A program made the translations under genes and the position numbers. The notes under the pieces were generated by a model. The model had not been told where the DNA came from, did no database searches, and worked only from the letters and a program-made list of their open reading frames with translations. Shown one piece after another: positions 26,483 to 39,480 of a stretch of DNA of 64,000 nt. The number at the start of each line of letters is the position of its first letter. Positions within the stretch are counted from its first letter, which is position 1. The DNA is from Podarcis tiliguerta (lineage: Eukaryota), in NCBI GenBank assembly GCA_965153285.1, contig OZ229113.1. One strand, written 5' to 3'.

Positions 26483-26529
26483 AGTGGCTGGGGAAACCCA
26501 GTCAGATGGGCGGGGTATGAATTATTATA
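26483..26529 (+). mobile_element. Very short LINE 3' terminus
   Basis: AGTGGCTGGGGAAACCCAGTCAGATGGGCGGGGTATGAATTATTAT, which I recognise as a common lizard LINE 3' tail ending in (ATT)n. Confidence 0.5.
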
Positions 26530-26545
26530 CACAAACACACAACAT

Positions 26546-27291
26546 AGCTTCGAGCCCCAAAACCCATCCCTCATGGAAATAAAGACACAGTGGAGACAGA
26601 ATTTCGTTTAAATGTTAATGGGCAAATTTTGGCCACAGCTTTATTAAATACACAAGTGTGACCGGTATTGACTTAGGCATTGGTATCAAAACTATAACTG
26701 GCTCCTGCCCACCCTGCGGGAAGCCTGGAAGGGTAAACAACCAGCAGGGGGAGCTCCATCAGTGTATATTGACTAGTGCTCACCCCTGGGGTTCCCAGGG
26801 GTCCTGGCATGGCCCTAGCCCCTCTCTGGGCTTCGGACGAGATCCAGACCCCCGGATTCCTTTAACGGAATACCCTATTCATTGGAGGGGCAGGTGATGG
26901 CTGCACCTCACCTCCCCACATTCCCCTAAACCAATGCCTAACCGCCAAACCTTACAAAGTTGTGACAATTGCTAAGAGGTAGGCAAAAACCAAGTGGCCA
27001 CAACCAATCTGCCACATTGGGAAAAATTCCTACCCAGCCCCCATTCCAAAACAGGTGACCAACCGAAGTCCAAAGCAAGGCCAAGCACGACCTAATTAAC
27101 GGGTGGGTGGGTGTTCGGCAGTGCGAAGCAAAAGGAGGTCCCTACATCACACTGCCAAATAAATACCCTCAACCTTGCCACGCTGCTGATTGGCTAAAGG
27201 CTATTGGCATAACTGTGGCACCACCGGCTTGGAGTGGGGCAAGCCCCGCCCATAAGCCAGTTAGGAAAGAGTTCCAGGGCTGAGCACAACA
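26546..27291 (-). mobile_element. LTR-like or unclassified retroelement terminus
   Basis: GC- and CpG-richer block. The minus strand shows, in order, a GC box (GGGCGGGG, ~27244-27251), two CCAAT boxes (~27189, ~27202), TATTTATT (~27160) and AATAAA (~26640). Flanked by the direct repeat CACAACAT (26538-26545, 27285-27292). Confidence 0.55.
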
Positions 27292-28226
27292 TGGACCCTC
27301 TGTTAGGGGGATCGAAGTTGCTGAAATAGAAACTTGGAAGAGATCTAAATGGAAGGCTGCTTGGATGTTTCCTTCACATTATTTTCCCTTACTCAAGATA
27401 ATTTCTGCAACTTCATTTGCCAGCCACATGCTGGTGTTGATCTTTAAAGCTCTAGATGGCTTGGGCCCTCTGCTTTGCCCTCACAGGTTAGACGGGTGGT
27501 TATTCAGCCCTAGCACCTCAGATCTGAAACTCCTTCCCTGTAATTTTGGTGCTGCTGCAGCTTCTGTAACAACATTAGATTCCACTTAACTGTAAAATCT
27601 GCAGACATTTTGTTTTGTTTTACAGCTTCAGAAACAGTTGTTATCTTTCTTGGGTATTGTGGGAAAGAGTAGAATATAATTTTGTGAAGTATTTTGGAAA
27701 AAAAGAAAGATGAGGTGTGCTGGGGATTGGTTTTAATCCTATTTGGTGCCACAAGTTTCACTTTAGCATGCTTTAATTGTTGTTTTTTTATTTTATTTTA
27801 AATGCTTCTTGGCACAATACAACAATAAAAATATTCATTTTGTTGGCAAATTTTAAAATGTTGTAACCTATCCTAGGCAGTTAGAATATACATTTATATA
27901 AACAAGTATATATGACATATGATAGACCTGCACAATTTGTGGTACACCAAATCAAAAGCAGCCAACAAGTCTTGCAATGTGGAATGCTGCATGCTGTAAA
28001 TCCCCCGGTCCACTGTTTTAGGCAGGCATGAAAAGCTGGAAGTTTCTTCAGCCCCTGAAGTGCTGCCATGCATGGCTGGTGGACTGAGTTTTATGTGGTA
28101 GGTCATACATTGTGCAGCCCTGACATATGATACCGATATAGTCAATTATGCAGCTAGGGAAAAATGGGGAATCTATATTTAGGTTGTAAATGTCCTGAAG
28201 TCCCCCAGGTCTGCTTATCTCTTTGG

Positions 28227-28267
28227 TCTCTCTCTCTCTTTCTGTCTTTCTCTCTCTCTTTCTCTCA
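28227..28267. repeat. (CT)n-rich polypyrimidine microsatellite
   Basis: Directly visible. Confidence 0.9.
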
Positions 28268-31200
28268 AGTGCTCCCCACCCTCTCCCTGAGAGAATCAAT
28301 GCCTGCTTCACCGTCTCTGACTACCGGGAGGCAACATCCAATGTGGTACACAGCACTGCTTTCTCTGAAGACGTTTCTTCCTTCTCTGCTGAGAAGGGTG
28401 CGGGCATCCAAGAAGATGTCTTGGGATGCAGAGCCAAAGACTATACACAGAAACTCTCCACGTTTCCTCTCTTTGAATTGGTCTTCTTTGTTGTGAAGAA
28501 CTTGAACATATTGAAAGAGATGGGACCCCACTTCTTGGTAGCCAGGCCTAAAGGCCCGTCCAAAATTTTTAGATGGAAAATGAAGACCAAAACAAACATT
28601 TCTTTGGCTGGCATCTGAAAGAGGCATAAAAAAATCCCAATCTTACCACCCAAGACACATTTCTCAAGAGCCTAATGGCTTTGCACATTTAGGTAACAAA
28701 ATACTCCTTCCTTTAAAAGACAAGGTTATGGAGTAGTTGGCATCTGTTTGCTGCTGATGTTCTATACTCTCTTTAGACAGGGATACCCCATCCCCAATAA
28801 TATATAAACATTTGTGCTGATGAATGCACGTTTTCTGTCTTTAAATTATTGGGAAATGCATATATTTGTACTGCAATGCCAATTTTGAAAGTTTTAAAAT
28901 AGTCTTCCATGAGTGCTTCACAATACAGATCACATCAGTTTTATTGGTGGTAAATAAAATAAAGGCAAATACCTTTCCTCACTCGATGGAAAAGATCTGA
29001 TATTACTTGATCAATATTAATCACCTTGCTTTATATTCACTTTTTGGAGGCACATGAAAACAACAGTAGACATCCTCTATATATACGCCAGAATGTATTA
29101 GAATAGGGACACAATCCAGTTCTTTAATGTGGAGGTTTAATATTGCGAATGTACACCAGAGCACTGGTCCCCGTGCTAAAATAAATCATGGGAGAAAGAA
29201 CGCTCCCCCCCCGTCCCGTCCCCAGGAGAGGACATTTCCCAGCACTTGTTAGTCTGGTCCTTCAGAGCTGGGAGCAAAGAGTGAAAAAGTTGCCCAGACT
29301 GCCATGTTATGTCCATCCTTTATTCTGCCATCATAGGGCTGTGGGTGCATTACTTCAGCCCCCTCCCCCCACTTCGGTTCTAAGTGCCAGTTCATGGGAT
29401 CCAGGATGGGGTTTTGAATACCTTCCAGCAGGAAATACACTCCCTGTCACCACAGGCTTTCTGTGGCCAGACCCTCCTGCCTGACAACATGCATGTGTTC
29501 AGTGGCACAACTATTCTGGGGTGGCAGTAGGTTTTGCACATGATTAGGCCCTCACACAGAATTGGGCAGAAACACTCTTCCTCCTTCTGCAGCTTGTCCC
29601 CTGTGCATGCACTCAGGGAGCCGGATATTGCTCCAAGCCCTTAGGTAGCCTTAGGTTAGTTTGTTCTGTAAGAGACCAAAAGCATTTCACTGTTTGCTTC
29701 AAATTGTTCAGCACAAAATAGATTCCAAATATCTACTTGCAATAAAGAGCAAAGCAGTGGGTTATCAACAGGCACTTGTCAAGTGATCAAATTCATTTAA
29801 AAATATTTCTGTTTGAATTGTAATAACTAGTCCATGCACCTGGGAAAAAGAAAATAATTCATAGTCAGCCAAATGACAGCTTAATCTTGCAACCACTTTT
29901 CACTTGGGAAGCCACCCAAGAATCAATGGTAAAACTTTGCCTGGAGTTGTTGCTGGCTTGGACTGAAAATTGGTATATACCTGTGGCTTGATTAGATCTT
30001 GTGAGAAATATTTGTAATAAAGTGGCACAGAGTATGGCTATACTTTATGTAGTGCATTTTTCTGAGGGGGGGGGGGATAATCACATAGTATTTATCAGCA
30101 TTTCTAGAAAGCTGTCAACCATTAAGTGGTGCTTGTAACCCCCTTTTTAAAAATGTAAATCCACTGTGGTGTAATATATCAAAGAAATAAAAGCTAGAAA
30201 GTTGTCTGAGGCTGATTCTCATTCATGGAATAAATCCACATTTTTATACCACAAAATAAAGAAATTGGTGCATTTTTCTCTTCTCCATTGTGCAATGAGC
30301 ATTCGTCAGAACCGACGTAGTCATGTCAAAGATTTATTGGAGTCTCTCAGGCATGTTTAGGTAGTTCTTCCTTGCACTCAGGAACAGCAACCCCTCTATC
30401 TGCCTACCTAGCAGTTTAGCAACATATGAAAACCTGTAACTCTGATTTGTGCATCTATTAGCCTGTGGTTATTATTGAGACAATGTATGTGAAGTGGTTA
30501 GAAACACACAAAAAGCACTTTTATAAAGGAGTCCTTCCCTAACTATAATTGGTGCTGCTGAATTGTATAGACAGGTTCCCCAGCCCCATTTTTTTAAGCT
30601 GGCCAGTGAAATAGACTGGCCAGTAGGCTCAGGGCAGATGATACAACAGGCAGTTAATTTATGGAATTCACAATACATGGTTTAGATGGCTTTAAAGATG
30701 GGGATGGGATGAGAATTGGAGCAAGGCTGGCCCACTAGGCAAGCACTCTTTTACCTGAATAGTGAGCAGAACTGGGTGGGGGATGAGGAGGGCAGAGCCT
30801 TGAGGGCATATCTTGAGCAGGTCTCTGCTTGGATTCTACTTGCCTTTTTAAAATGTCAACACTTTCCCAAAGGAAGCAGGAAGAAGTAGCAGCCACCCAG
30901 TAGAATGCTCCGATGAAGGCAGAAGGTTTGCGTGGGCTGCTTGCCTTGCAGACAGTAATTCACAGAGCTGGATTGCAAACCCCATGATTCCTTGGCAGAA
31001 GATATACCATTTCTGACCAGAAAGATGGTCTGCTGGGGCAGACCTCTCTACCAGTCCATTCTTCATTCCCTCCTTCCATGGCTTTCTGTTTCTTTTTGCT
31101 CTGGAGAACAGGATGGGTAGCAGCTGAAGGATGGCTGATGCTTTCTGCATGAAGCATTAGAGAGCATTCTAAGGACTTTCTCAGGATAAGCCCTTAATAT

Positions 31201-34200
31201 TTGAGGGGCGCAACTGCTCCTCAGGATGAGCCCAAGGTGGCCCGTTTCTATTTTAAAATATTGCACAGACTCAAGGAGGATAGTTCTCTCGACTGCTATT
31301 AGGGATGACATTGAAATGGTATGTCCAAGTACTAGCTGGTGGGAACAACAGACAACTTGTGGGGGCTGCTGCATTAGCCTTACTTGTAGGATTCCCAGGA
31401 GCACATGGCAAGTCACTGTGCTGGCAGCAGAACAAGATGCAACTTTCATCCAATCCAGTTTTGAGCATCCTAAATGGCTGCAACCCAACATCACATAGGA
31501 AAACTCTTAATGTCTTTAGTCAGTCTTTGGATTACATAACCACTTTAAACTAAATTGCCCTGTTTTTTCTCCATGGACCACACAACCCTTAAGTCAGGCT
31601 GACTTGTGGTGGTTTGCTGAAAGCCAGCAACTAAACCAAGATCTCCTGGCTTCAGATCCAACTTTCTAATTGGTTCTCCTTTACAGAGCACCTCTCATAC
31701 ATACTAGGTTATGCCAGTTTTGGTAATCAAAATTACTAATGTTTCCAATTGTTACTAAGTGTATTTTTCCTGCTAAGTTTAGAGAAGCTCAGGAATGGAC
31801 TCATTTCACAATTAAATAAACAACAAGAAACATAACACAAAGTTATGGTAGAATTGGGTAGCCTTATAGTGAATTATTTGGCACCTCAGTATGGCTTCTG
31901 GAGTGGTTCTGTATGCTCATGTAAGAACACTTTCTTCATATGGGTCACACAACCCACTGAAATAAAATACCACAAATTACAACTGTATGAGGAATCTAGC
32001 TCTGAGCAAACAGAGTTGATGCAAATGTTACCTTAAAAACCAGGGATATTCAAACATGACTATGAATACACATTCCTAGAGAGAATATTTACTTGTCCTA
32101 TCCACACTCTTTTGGTTTTCCTCAGTGCATGAGGATAAAAATAAGATTTGCTTGAAATTTTACTTCAGTCTGATGAACAGTTTAGGACTGACTGTGTGAG
32201 GCCTGTCTGGAATAATCTGAAAATTGCATCACAACATTTACCTTGCAGTCTTTCAGATTTTCATTTTTAAGAGCAACCCATAGATTTATATTGTGTCTAG
32301 GCAAATTTTAAATGAACCTCTAATACTCGCCTCATGTTCTGTGAACATACTGAAATGGTGGTTATCTGGATTGTGGCTTATTTTATAACTAAATATAGAT
32401 ATTTAATTGTGGTGGGGTTTTTTTTTTGAGAGCCAGGGTAAAAAATCTGATGTCACAAAAGAACCTTTTGGAAACATGATCTGCAAAGTGCTTAGTCATG
32501 AATCTTATCTGAAGCAAAAAAAGAGCACATTTAATTATGCAATTTTGTAGCTGTGAAATAAACTCTCCTATTTGAGGGAAAGTGGCTATATTATAATTGC
32601 TATAAATGGATAACACAATTTCCTCTGTTGTTTCTTTGGGATGGAATGTTGTTTGTCAAATATGCCAGGGAGCCGTGGGTTATTTTCCAATTAAAATTGC
32701 TCTTCGGTCTGGCTGTGATAGCATATGGTTGTGTTAAAAAAAAGAAGAAAAAGAGTCAATTTAAATCCATTTAAAATTATTAATTCTAAATAAAATTGGT
32801 GTATATATGTGCCAATGTGAATCCACTTGAAATTTACCCACTCAAGTACTCCAAATGCATCGTATGCATTTGTTTGCTAATATATAAGATAATAATCATG
32901 CAAATATAACCTTCAAAGGAAGCTTATGAATCACTCTTTAAAGCATTAGCAAGAATTGCGTTTAGGACCCACCACCAAAAGCCAACAATATTACAGCCTT
33001 TGCCAGTCTTCTGATGATCTCAAATGGATGCATGTAATATGTAGCTTCAGGGGAAATGGTCCAGACCAACACAGACAATCAGAAATTAATTGTACTCTGC
33101 TGCTTGAATAGAAGAGCTGGATTCAGCATTCTGGTTCATTATTGTAGCTTACAGTGGCTCATCCTTCCACAATCTGCCTGAGATGGGACAGGGCAGGATC
33201 TCTGAGCCAGGTGGATTCATATCAAGACTGCCTCTGAATGCCGGGTTCTGCTGCTGCCTCCCTCTCAAGCACCTGCAAATCATCCATTCCCAGTGTGGTC
33301 CCCATTTCAGCTCACTTGACTTTGCCCCCACTAATGGCTATACAGAGGCCTTCTGTAGTAATGATTAATTCCTAGTGGTGATCGCCCTTGTGTGCTTCTG
33401 CAAAGCTCTTGAGGCAGGCAGGCAGTTCTCCAGCAGATATTTCATGTTTCAGGAACGGCAAGGGGAAGGAAGAAATGGTGAGCTGGTGTCTACCCCATTG
33501 CAACCAACATACATTGTATGGGGGAAAGGGATAGCAGAGTAAATGTGTTTGAGGGTGTGCATTTGAGACTGTGTGGGACACAGCAGAAGTGTGTGCAAGG
33601 GCTAAAAGGTTGTCAACATGTTTGTGAAGTAGAGGGAGCTTTTCTCCTACTGCAAGTGGCAGATGTGGATTCTGACTGGGCTTATGGTGCAGACAACAGG
33701 TTTAAATCTTCCTCCTACTCCATGATCCCAATATGCCCACCCCACCCCACCCAGCTGTTTCTGAAAGAAACAAAATCAACTGCACAAAGGATCTGCTGTT
33801 TTTTTGTCAAGTGGTTGCAAGGAGAGAAAGACAGTGAGAAATTCAGTGCTGCACTTCAGGTGTAAAGTGTACCCTCTCTTGAGATACTAAAGAAGGTGAT
33901 GCCTCTGAGTCAATGGGGTTGAGGTACACGGGAAGACTCTTATGTAGGGATAACCAGCACTGGGGGGGGTGTTTCACATTGAGAGTATGAAAACAATGTG
34001 AAAAAAATAAAAGGAATAAGAGTGGTAGACAAGAGGGTGAAGAAGGGGGAGAAGGAAAAAAGAAAAAGAAATGTCCATTAAGAAGGCTGAGGTGATTCTC
34101 TGGTGAACTTTGAAAACAACAGAAGCAACATTACCCTTCCTCCTCAAATGAATAGTGAGTTGTTTAATAAGACAGATAACAATTATAGGTTTTAGTTCCA

Positions 34201-34499
34201 GCACCATTGGTATAATATTTTTCACAAGAACACTTAAGTGCGTGTGTATGTACTATATCAGGTCTAGGAGACCCCATTATGTTAGCTATTCCATGAATAA
34301 TGCATAGCAAGATGAACTCCTTGCCCAGCAGGTCTTCCAAGAAGTAGAAGAAGTGGGGGGGGGGGGAGGAACGGGGGACGTAAAGCGAATGAAACACAGA
34401 GGAAGCTGGAGTGGGCTGTCCAAAATATTTTACTTTACACTTTAGTTTCAGATTATTATTTTTTAAAGACCTTGTAAGAGTATTTCGGCTGCTCAAGGG

Positions 34500-34730
34500 T
34501 GGTACAGTGGTTGGAAGTTACTTAAGGGGCCGAAGTCTCACTGCAGCTGTGACCTTCCTACATAGCCCTAGGCAAGCCATGCGCTATTCGCCTCTGCTTC
34601 TGACCTGCAGTAAAGGAGATAGTAATAATACTGACCTACCTTGCAAGATTGTTCTGAGGATCCTTGAAAATGTATGGGATGGGATGGGCTTTAAAAGTAC
34701 GATGCACAGGCTAAGCATTGTTTATTAATA
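34500..34730 (+). mobile_element. Degenerate MIR/CORE-type SINE
   Basis: GGTACAGTGGTT head, CCCTAGGCAAGCCA, and the core CTGCAGTAAAGGAGATAGTAATAATACTGACCTACCTTGCAAGATTGTTCTGAGGAT. Confidence 0.6.
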
Positions 34731-35286
34731 AAGCCAATTGTCTCCAATGCCCACCATTTCACTTTCTCGCCTCCGGTAATCAAGTTCGTTCTCCTTTTAG
34801 GTGAGCAATTGGCCACCCATATTTCAAAATTAGTTCCGTTAACAATACTTATGTGTCGTCTTATGTTTATAATTAGAACAATTCCTTTTCATTAGATTCC
34901 TTTAAAAAAATAAATCAGGAATTCTGAAATCGACTTTGTGTGAATGTATAGGATCATTACTCACTGTACAAGCAGATAGCAAATCACAATTTTTCATCTT
35001 CTGGACTAAAGGTTACAAAAAGCACAGAAGGGCTACACTCCACAGCCTGATGATTTTCAAGTTCAACTGTTTTAAGAATATCTGATTAGTAAGCAGCAGT
35101 GAATGGGAAGTGTGTTTAGCTTGACTTTTCACTACTTTTCTCTGATTGTGAACATTACATTGTTGAGAAAGAACATTACATTGTTGAGAAAGAGGTGTGG
35201 ATAGGAAAATGCTGCAGATTGTATACCCTGCCGAAACGCATTTGCACCAACCCATTTTTACACAATCATTTGCCAAATGTGTACAG

Positions 35287-35621
35287 CAGGCATCAGCAAC
35301 CTTTTTCAGCAGGGTGCCAGTCCACTGTCCCTCAAGACATTGTGGGCTGTGTGTGTGGGCTATATATATATATTGGGGGGGGGGGTGAGAACTAATTCCT
35401 ATGCCCCACAAATAACCCAGAGATGTGTTTTAAATAAAAGCACACATTTTACTCATGTAAAAACACCAGGCAGGCCCCACAAATAACCCAGAGATGCATT
35501 TTAAATAGAAGGACACATGTTACTCATGTAAAAACACGCTGATTCCCGGACCGACTGCGAGCCGGATTGTGAAGGAGATTGGGCCGAATCCAGCCTCTGG
35601 GCCTTAGTTTGCCTGCCCATG
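35287..35621 (+). mobile_element. hAT-type MITE with an internal ~70-bp tandem duplication
   Basis: Ends CAGGCATCAGCAAC...TTTGCCTGCCCATG; TSD GTGTACAG/GTGTACAC (7/8). Homologous to 54308-54563. Confidence 0.85.
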
Positions 35622-35875
35622 GTGTACACTATACAGCTTTTCCTAGACTGCACCACTTCAGGCTACGGGTGGAGAGATGGTTCACATTTGAATAAGCCCC
35701 CCATGAAAAACAAAACAAAATTCTCAAGTTATCAAGCTGAACTGTTAATTTTTACAGGATGGCTTTCTACATGCAGGGGACCTTTATTTCATTTGCATGG
35801 AGGGGCATTCAAGCATGCACAGTTTATCACCAGCAGTGTTTAGTGAGGCAGTCCCGGAAAAGGTTTATCAATAAT

Positions 35876-36000
35876 CAGCGCTATTTTTCTAGAAAAGGAG
35901 GTGCTGGAACTCACCATGAACACCTCCCTTGTTCTCTTATAATGGCAATGGCACCTACCTGAGAGGTGCCAGAACTGAGTTCTGGCTGAAAAAAGCCTTG
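35876..36000. mobile_element. Short hAT-type MITE
   Basis: TIRs CAGCGCTATTTT...AAAAAAGCCTTG; 8-bp TSD TCAATAAT (35868-35875) / TCAATAAC (36001-36008). Confidence 0.75.
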
Positions 36001-37600
36001 TCAATAACAAATTACTTTGTTGACTGTATAAATGGACCCCTTTGCGGAACTGGACTGCCGCAAATAATATACATAAGCCTACTGAAGTTATCAGAGCTTG
36101 ATGTGTACAAGTGTTTGAGGATTGGTCACTGTCATTGCTGCTTACAGTAAGTTCTGAAAATGCCCATTTTTACTTAAAAATTTGTAATTATTTAAGCTAC
36201 ATGGTTTATGTTAACCAACAGAGTTCATTCCATTTCTCTCTCTCTCATAAGAGAAGTGCTGTGCCATGTAAACTAGTAATAACTGATAATAGGCAAAGAG
36301 TTCATTATCCCCTGTGCAATAGAAAATAATATATATATATATATTTTTATTTTTTTACAAACTCAAAATCTCCTACTGGTAAAATTTTGTTTTTATACCT
36401 CCTTATCTTACTACTGTATACATACAGAGAGCTGGTCCACATGTATGGCTAAGAATGTATTGGTTTCCAAGTGCATTGGCTTCCAGGAAGGAGACCACAG
36501 ACTCTGCACTCTCCCCATGATTTGGCTTAGCATGTCCTCTGAGGCACCCCCCCCCTCATGATTTGTCTCCTCCAGAGAAACCACAAACCGTAAACCCAAA
36601 AACAAACCTGGGTTAAAATTCATGGTTGGTCTGGAGTGAAACAAACCATGAATCCCATTTTGGATAACATACTACGGCAAACCAAGACTTAGCTCAAAGC
36701 AGCAGGAGGACCAGAAGAGAAGTAGCCAAACAATCTCCTTTCCTTCATACTTGTGCAATTGCGCTACGGCACTGTTATGTGCAAAGCTGCTCACTGCATA
36801 GTGTCTCTATGTGTGTTGAAAGTTTAAATACTATAGAATCATTGGAGGTGGGGATTTTTTTTATTTTGAAAAAAAACTTTAAAATATAAATTTCCGGCTA
36901 TGCCCTTGGAAGCATATGAGCATTAAATGTATAGCAGTCCTGAAAATGGCAATTACGATTCAAAACAGCTGTAAAATAACACACACACAGAGTACCTATA
37001 AGAGTTGATAACCAAGGGCAAGGGGCATTTAATGCTGACCTTTCTGTGGTTGCCAGTGTCTTTCTATTTAGATAATTCAAAATTACTCTATCTCATTTGT
37101 TAGTGGCACTCAGGGATGCACTGAATATCCACAAATTTTCTTTATTTATATATTTTCTATTATGCAAAGCTGAAAGGATAATTACAGGTGGACAGAGGGG
37201 TTACTGAGTGCAAATAATACTTAACCTGTAAAATTTTCAGTTTTTCAAGATGTTGTAAAATAAAGTAAGTGAACAGAAATGGACATAATGTGCAATATTT
37301 TAAATAGCAAACATGGTTAGCATTAAGTTAGACTTGAAGGAAACAATCAGAAGCCATGCAAAATTAAGCCACAGTGGACCAATGTGTGAAATAACAAGTC
37401 AGAAAGCCCTTCTCAGTGAACATTTGATAGCTGCTTTAGCAGACATGTGTCTCATGCATATGATGCCCTATGTCATTTGTGCAATGCATTTGTGAAAATA
37501 TTAGGAAAGGCATACATTTCCCCCATATGTGCTATTCATCAACTGACCTCCCCAAAAATAAAGGAGACTTAAAAATAACCCACCCAGGACTTGATCACAT

Positions 37601-37638
37601 TAATAATAATAATAATAACAACAATAATAATAATAATA
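37601..37638. repeat. (AAT)n/(AAC)n microsatellite
   Basis: Directly visible. Produces the poly-Asn run in ORF 37470..37736. Confidence 0.95.
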
Positions 37639-38885
37639 CTTTTTTCTCTATTCACATGATTTTATATTTTCAGCATGGTAACAGTTCATCTTGTATCTTC
37701 ATCTACAAGATGCAGCTAGGTTTAAGGAAACATTGAAACATTCCCCCTCCTACTGTTGCTTGAAAATGACGTGTTTTTCTTCTAGAGGTAATGAGGAAAC
37801 TAACCAAGGACATGTAATCTGCTAAATAAAAAAGGAGGGGGGGGGAGAATCCCTAAAGCAGTAGGAATGTGCTCATGATTTGTTGGAAACCTTGTCCTCC
37901 TCTCCATCAGTACAACAAACCCCACAGGTTTTCTGGCAGAGATGCTTGCTGGAATTTTTTGAAAATTTCGGAACTTCTCTGAGCCTCACTGTGGAGACTG
38001 CAGCTGCATGTCTTCACTAAACAGCATCCTGATATTGGCAAGCATTCTCCAGGGACAGTGCAGGGAGGACGAGCAGATACTCGATGAGAACACAGAGGAG
38101 GGAGGCGACGCTGCAGTGTGTTGTCTGTCTGACTCCGGCTTTGGAAAATTAAAGCACAAAAGTGAAATAAATTATGGATGGTGCCCATGAATTTTTAAAC
38201 GTACAAACACATCCTGAAATATAGTAGCAGCAGGGTGATAAACCTACTACTCCCTTTGCTGGCTTTCTCAATAGTGGCCACTTTTCACGCAACAGCACTC
38301 AAGCACAGCCTCTTGCGGCAGCTACGATTCCCAGTTTGAGAGCGTGCTGCCCTTGTTTTGTTAGCCTCAGCATCTAGAAAGTGTCGGCTCACCCACAGCA
38401 GTGCTTTAGAATATATCGCCACCCAATGTGGGCACCTCTTGCCTTTTGTATTTACTGGTGTCTTATGCTTCAGTGTTTCTGATGCCCTTGAGGAAGCTCT
38501 AACCATTATTTATATACAAGGAGAGCACCAACTATTTATTAAGACAGCGTCTGAGGAGCCTGTTCGTTGGGAGGGAGGTGGAAAGGAGTATTCCACCTAA
38601 TACAGAACAGACTTTAAATTACGGATGTAAATTACTCTGTGACATGTTCAGTATCACCCTTTGGAGCTTTAAAATTGAGAGCTTCAGGCCTTCTGTTCAC
38701 ACAGATACTGGGCCTGAGTGGCAGGGCCTCTGGATAGGGAACCGAATTAACTGCTTAACATCCAACCCCCTCCCCACTGGCATGTTTAACAAACAAATTG
38801 ACATTTATGCCTAGCCTGGTAAGTGCATAAAGTAAATAAGTCATTCCTAACATGGGAGGGAAGGAAGACCACAGAACACTTACTA

Positions 38886-39117
38886 CAGTGGTACCTCGGG
38901 TTAAAGAACTTAATTCGTTCTGGAGGTCCGTTCTTAACCTGAAACTGTTCTTAACCTGAAGCACCACTTTAGCTAATGGGGCCTCCCACTGCCGTCACAC
39001 GATTTCTGTTCTCAGCCTGAAGCAAAGTTCTTAACCCGAGGTACTATTTCTGGGTTAGAGGAGTCTGTAACCTGACGCGTCTGTAACCTGAAGTGTCTGT
39101 AACCTGAGGTACCACTG
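38886..39117. mobile_element. Tc1/mariner-type MITE (CAGTGGTACCTC TIR family)
   Basis: TA|CAGTGGTACCTCGGGTTA...TAACCTGAGGTACCACTG|TA. Same subfamily as 5680-5900. Confidence 0.92.
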
Positions 39118-39480
39118 TACTTGTAAACAAGAGAGGCAGAATCCCTTTGTGCCAAACAGTTCCCAGATATGGGAATCACCACAATTTGGCTCATTTGCTT
39201 CTTATGGTGCTATCATGGTTCTACAACCATGGAAGAGCAGTGCAATCTCCACAAGAGTAGGCAGCCACAGTGCTCCCCAGATATTTGTGCTTTGGCATGG
39301 GCTCTGTCATATCAGGAAGGTGAATTTACCATCACTTCACAACACCTCTTTCCCTGTCTTTTATTCCAGCACACAGCACCTCCTGTCCACTTGGTGCTTT
39401 TGTTCATGAGGATAGGGAGGAAAAACACTCCACTGCCCATATTGGCTTGCGCTTTCCTGCAAGGCAATACCCATGCCGGC

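Noticed and set aside
31063-31553. Cluster of overlapping ORFs as a coding exon
   Set aside because: No recognisable protein and no convincing pair of splice sites.
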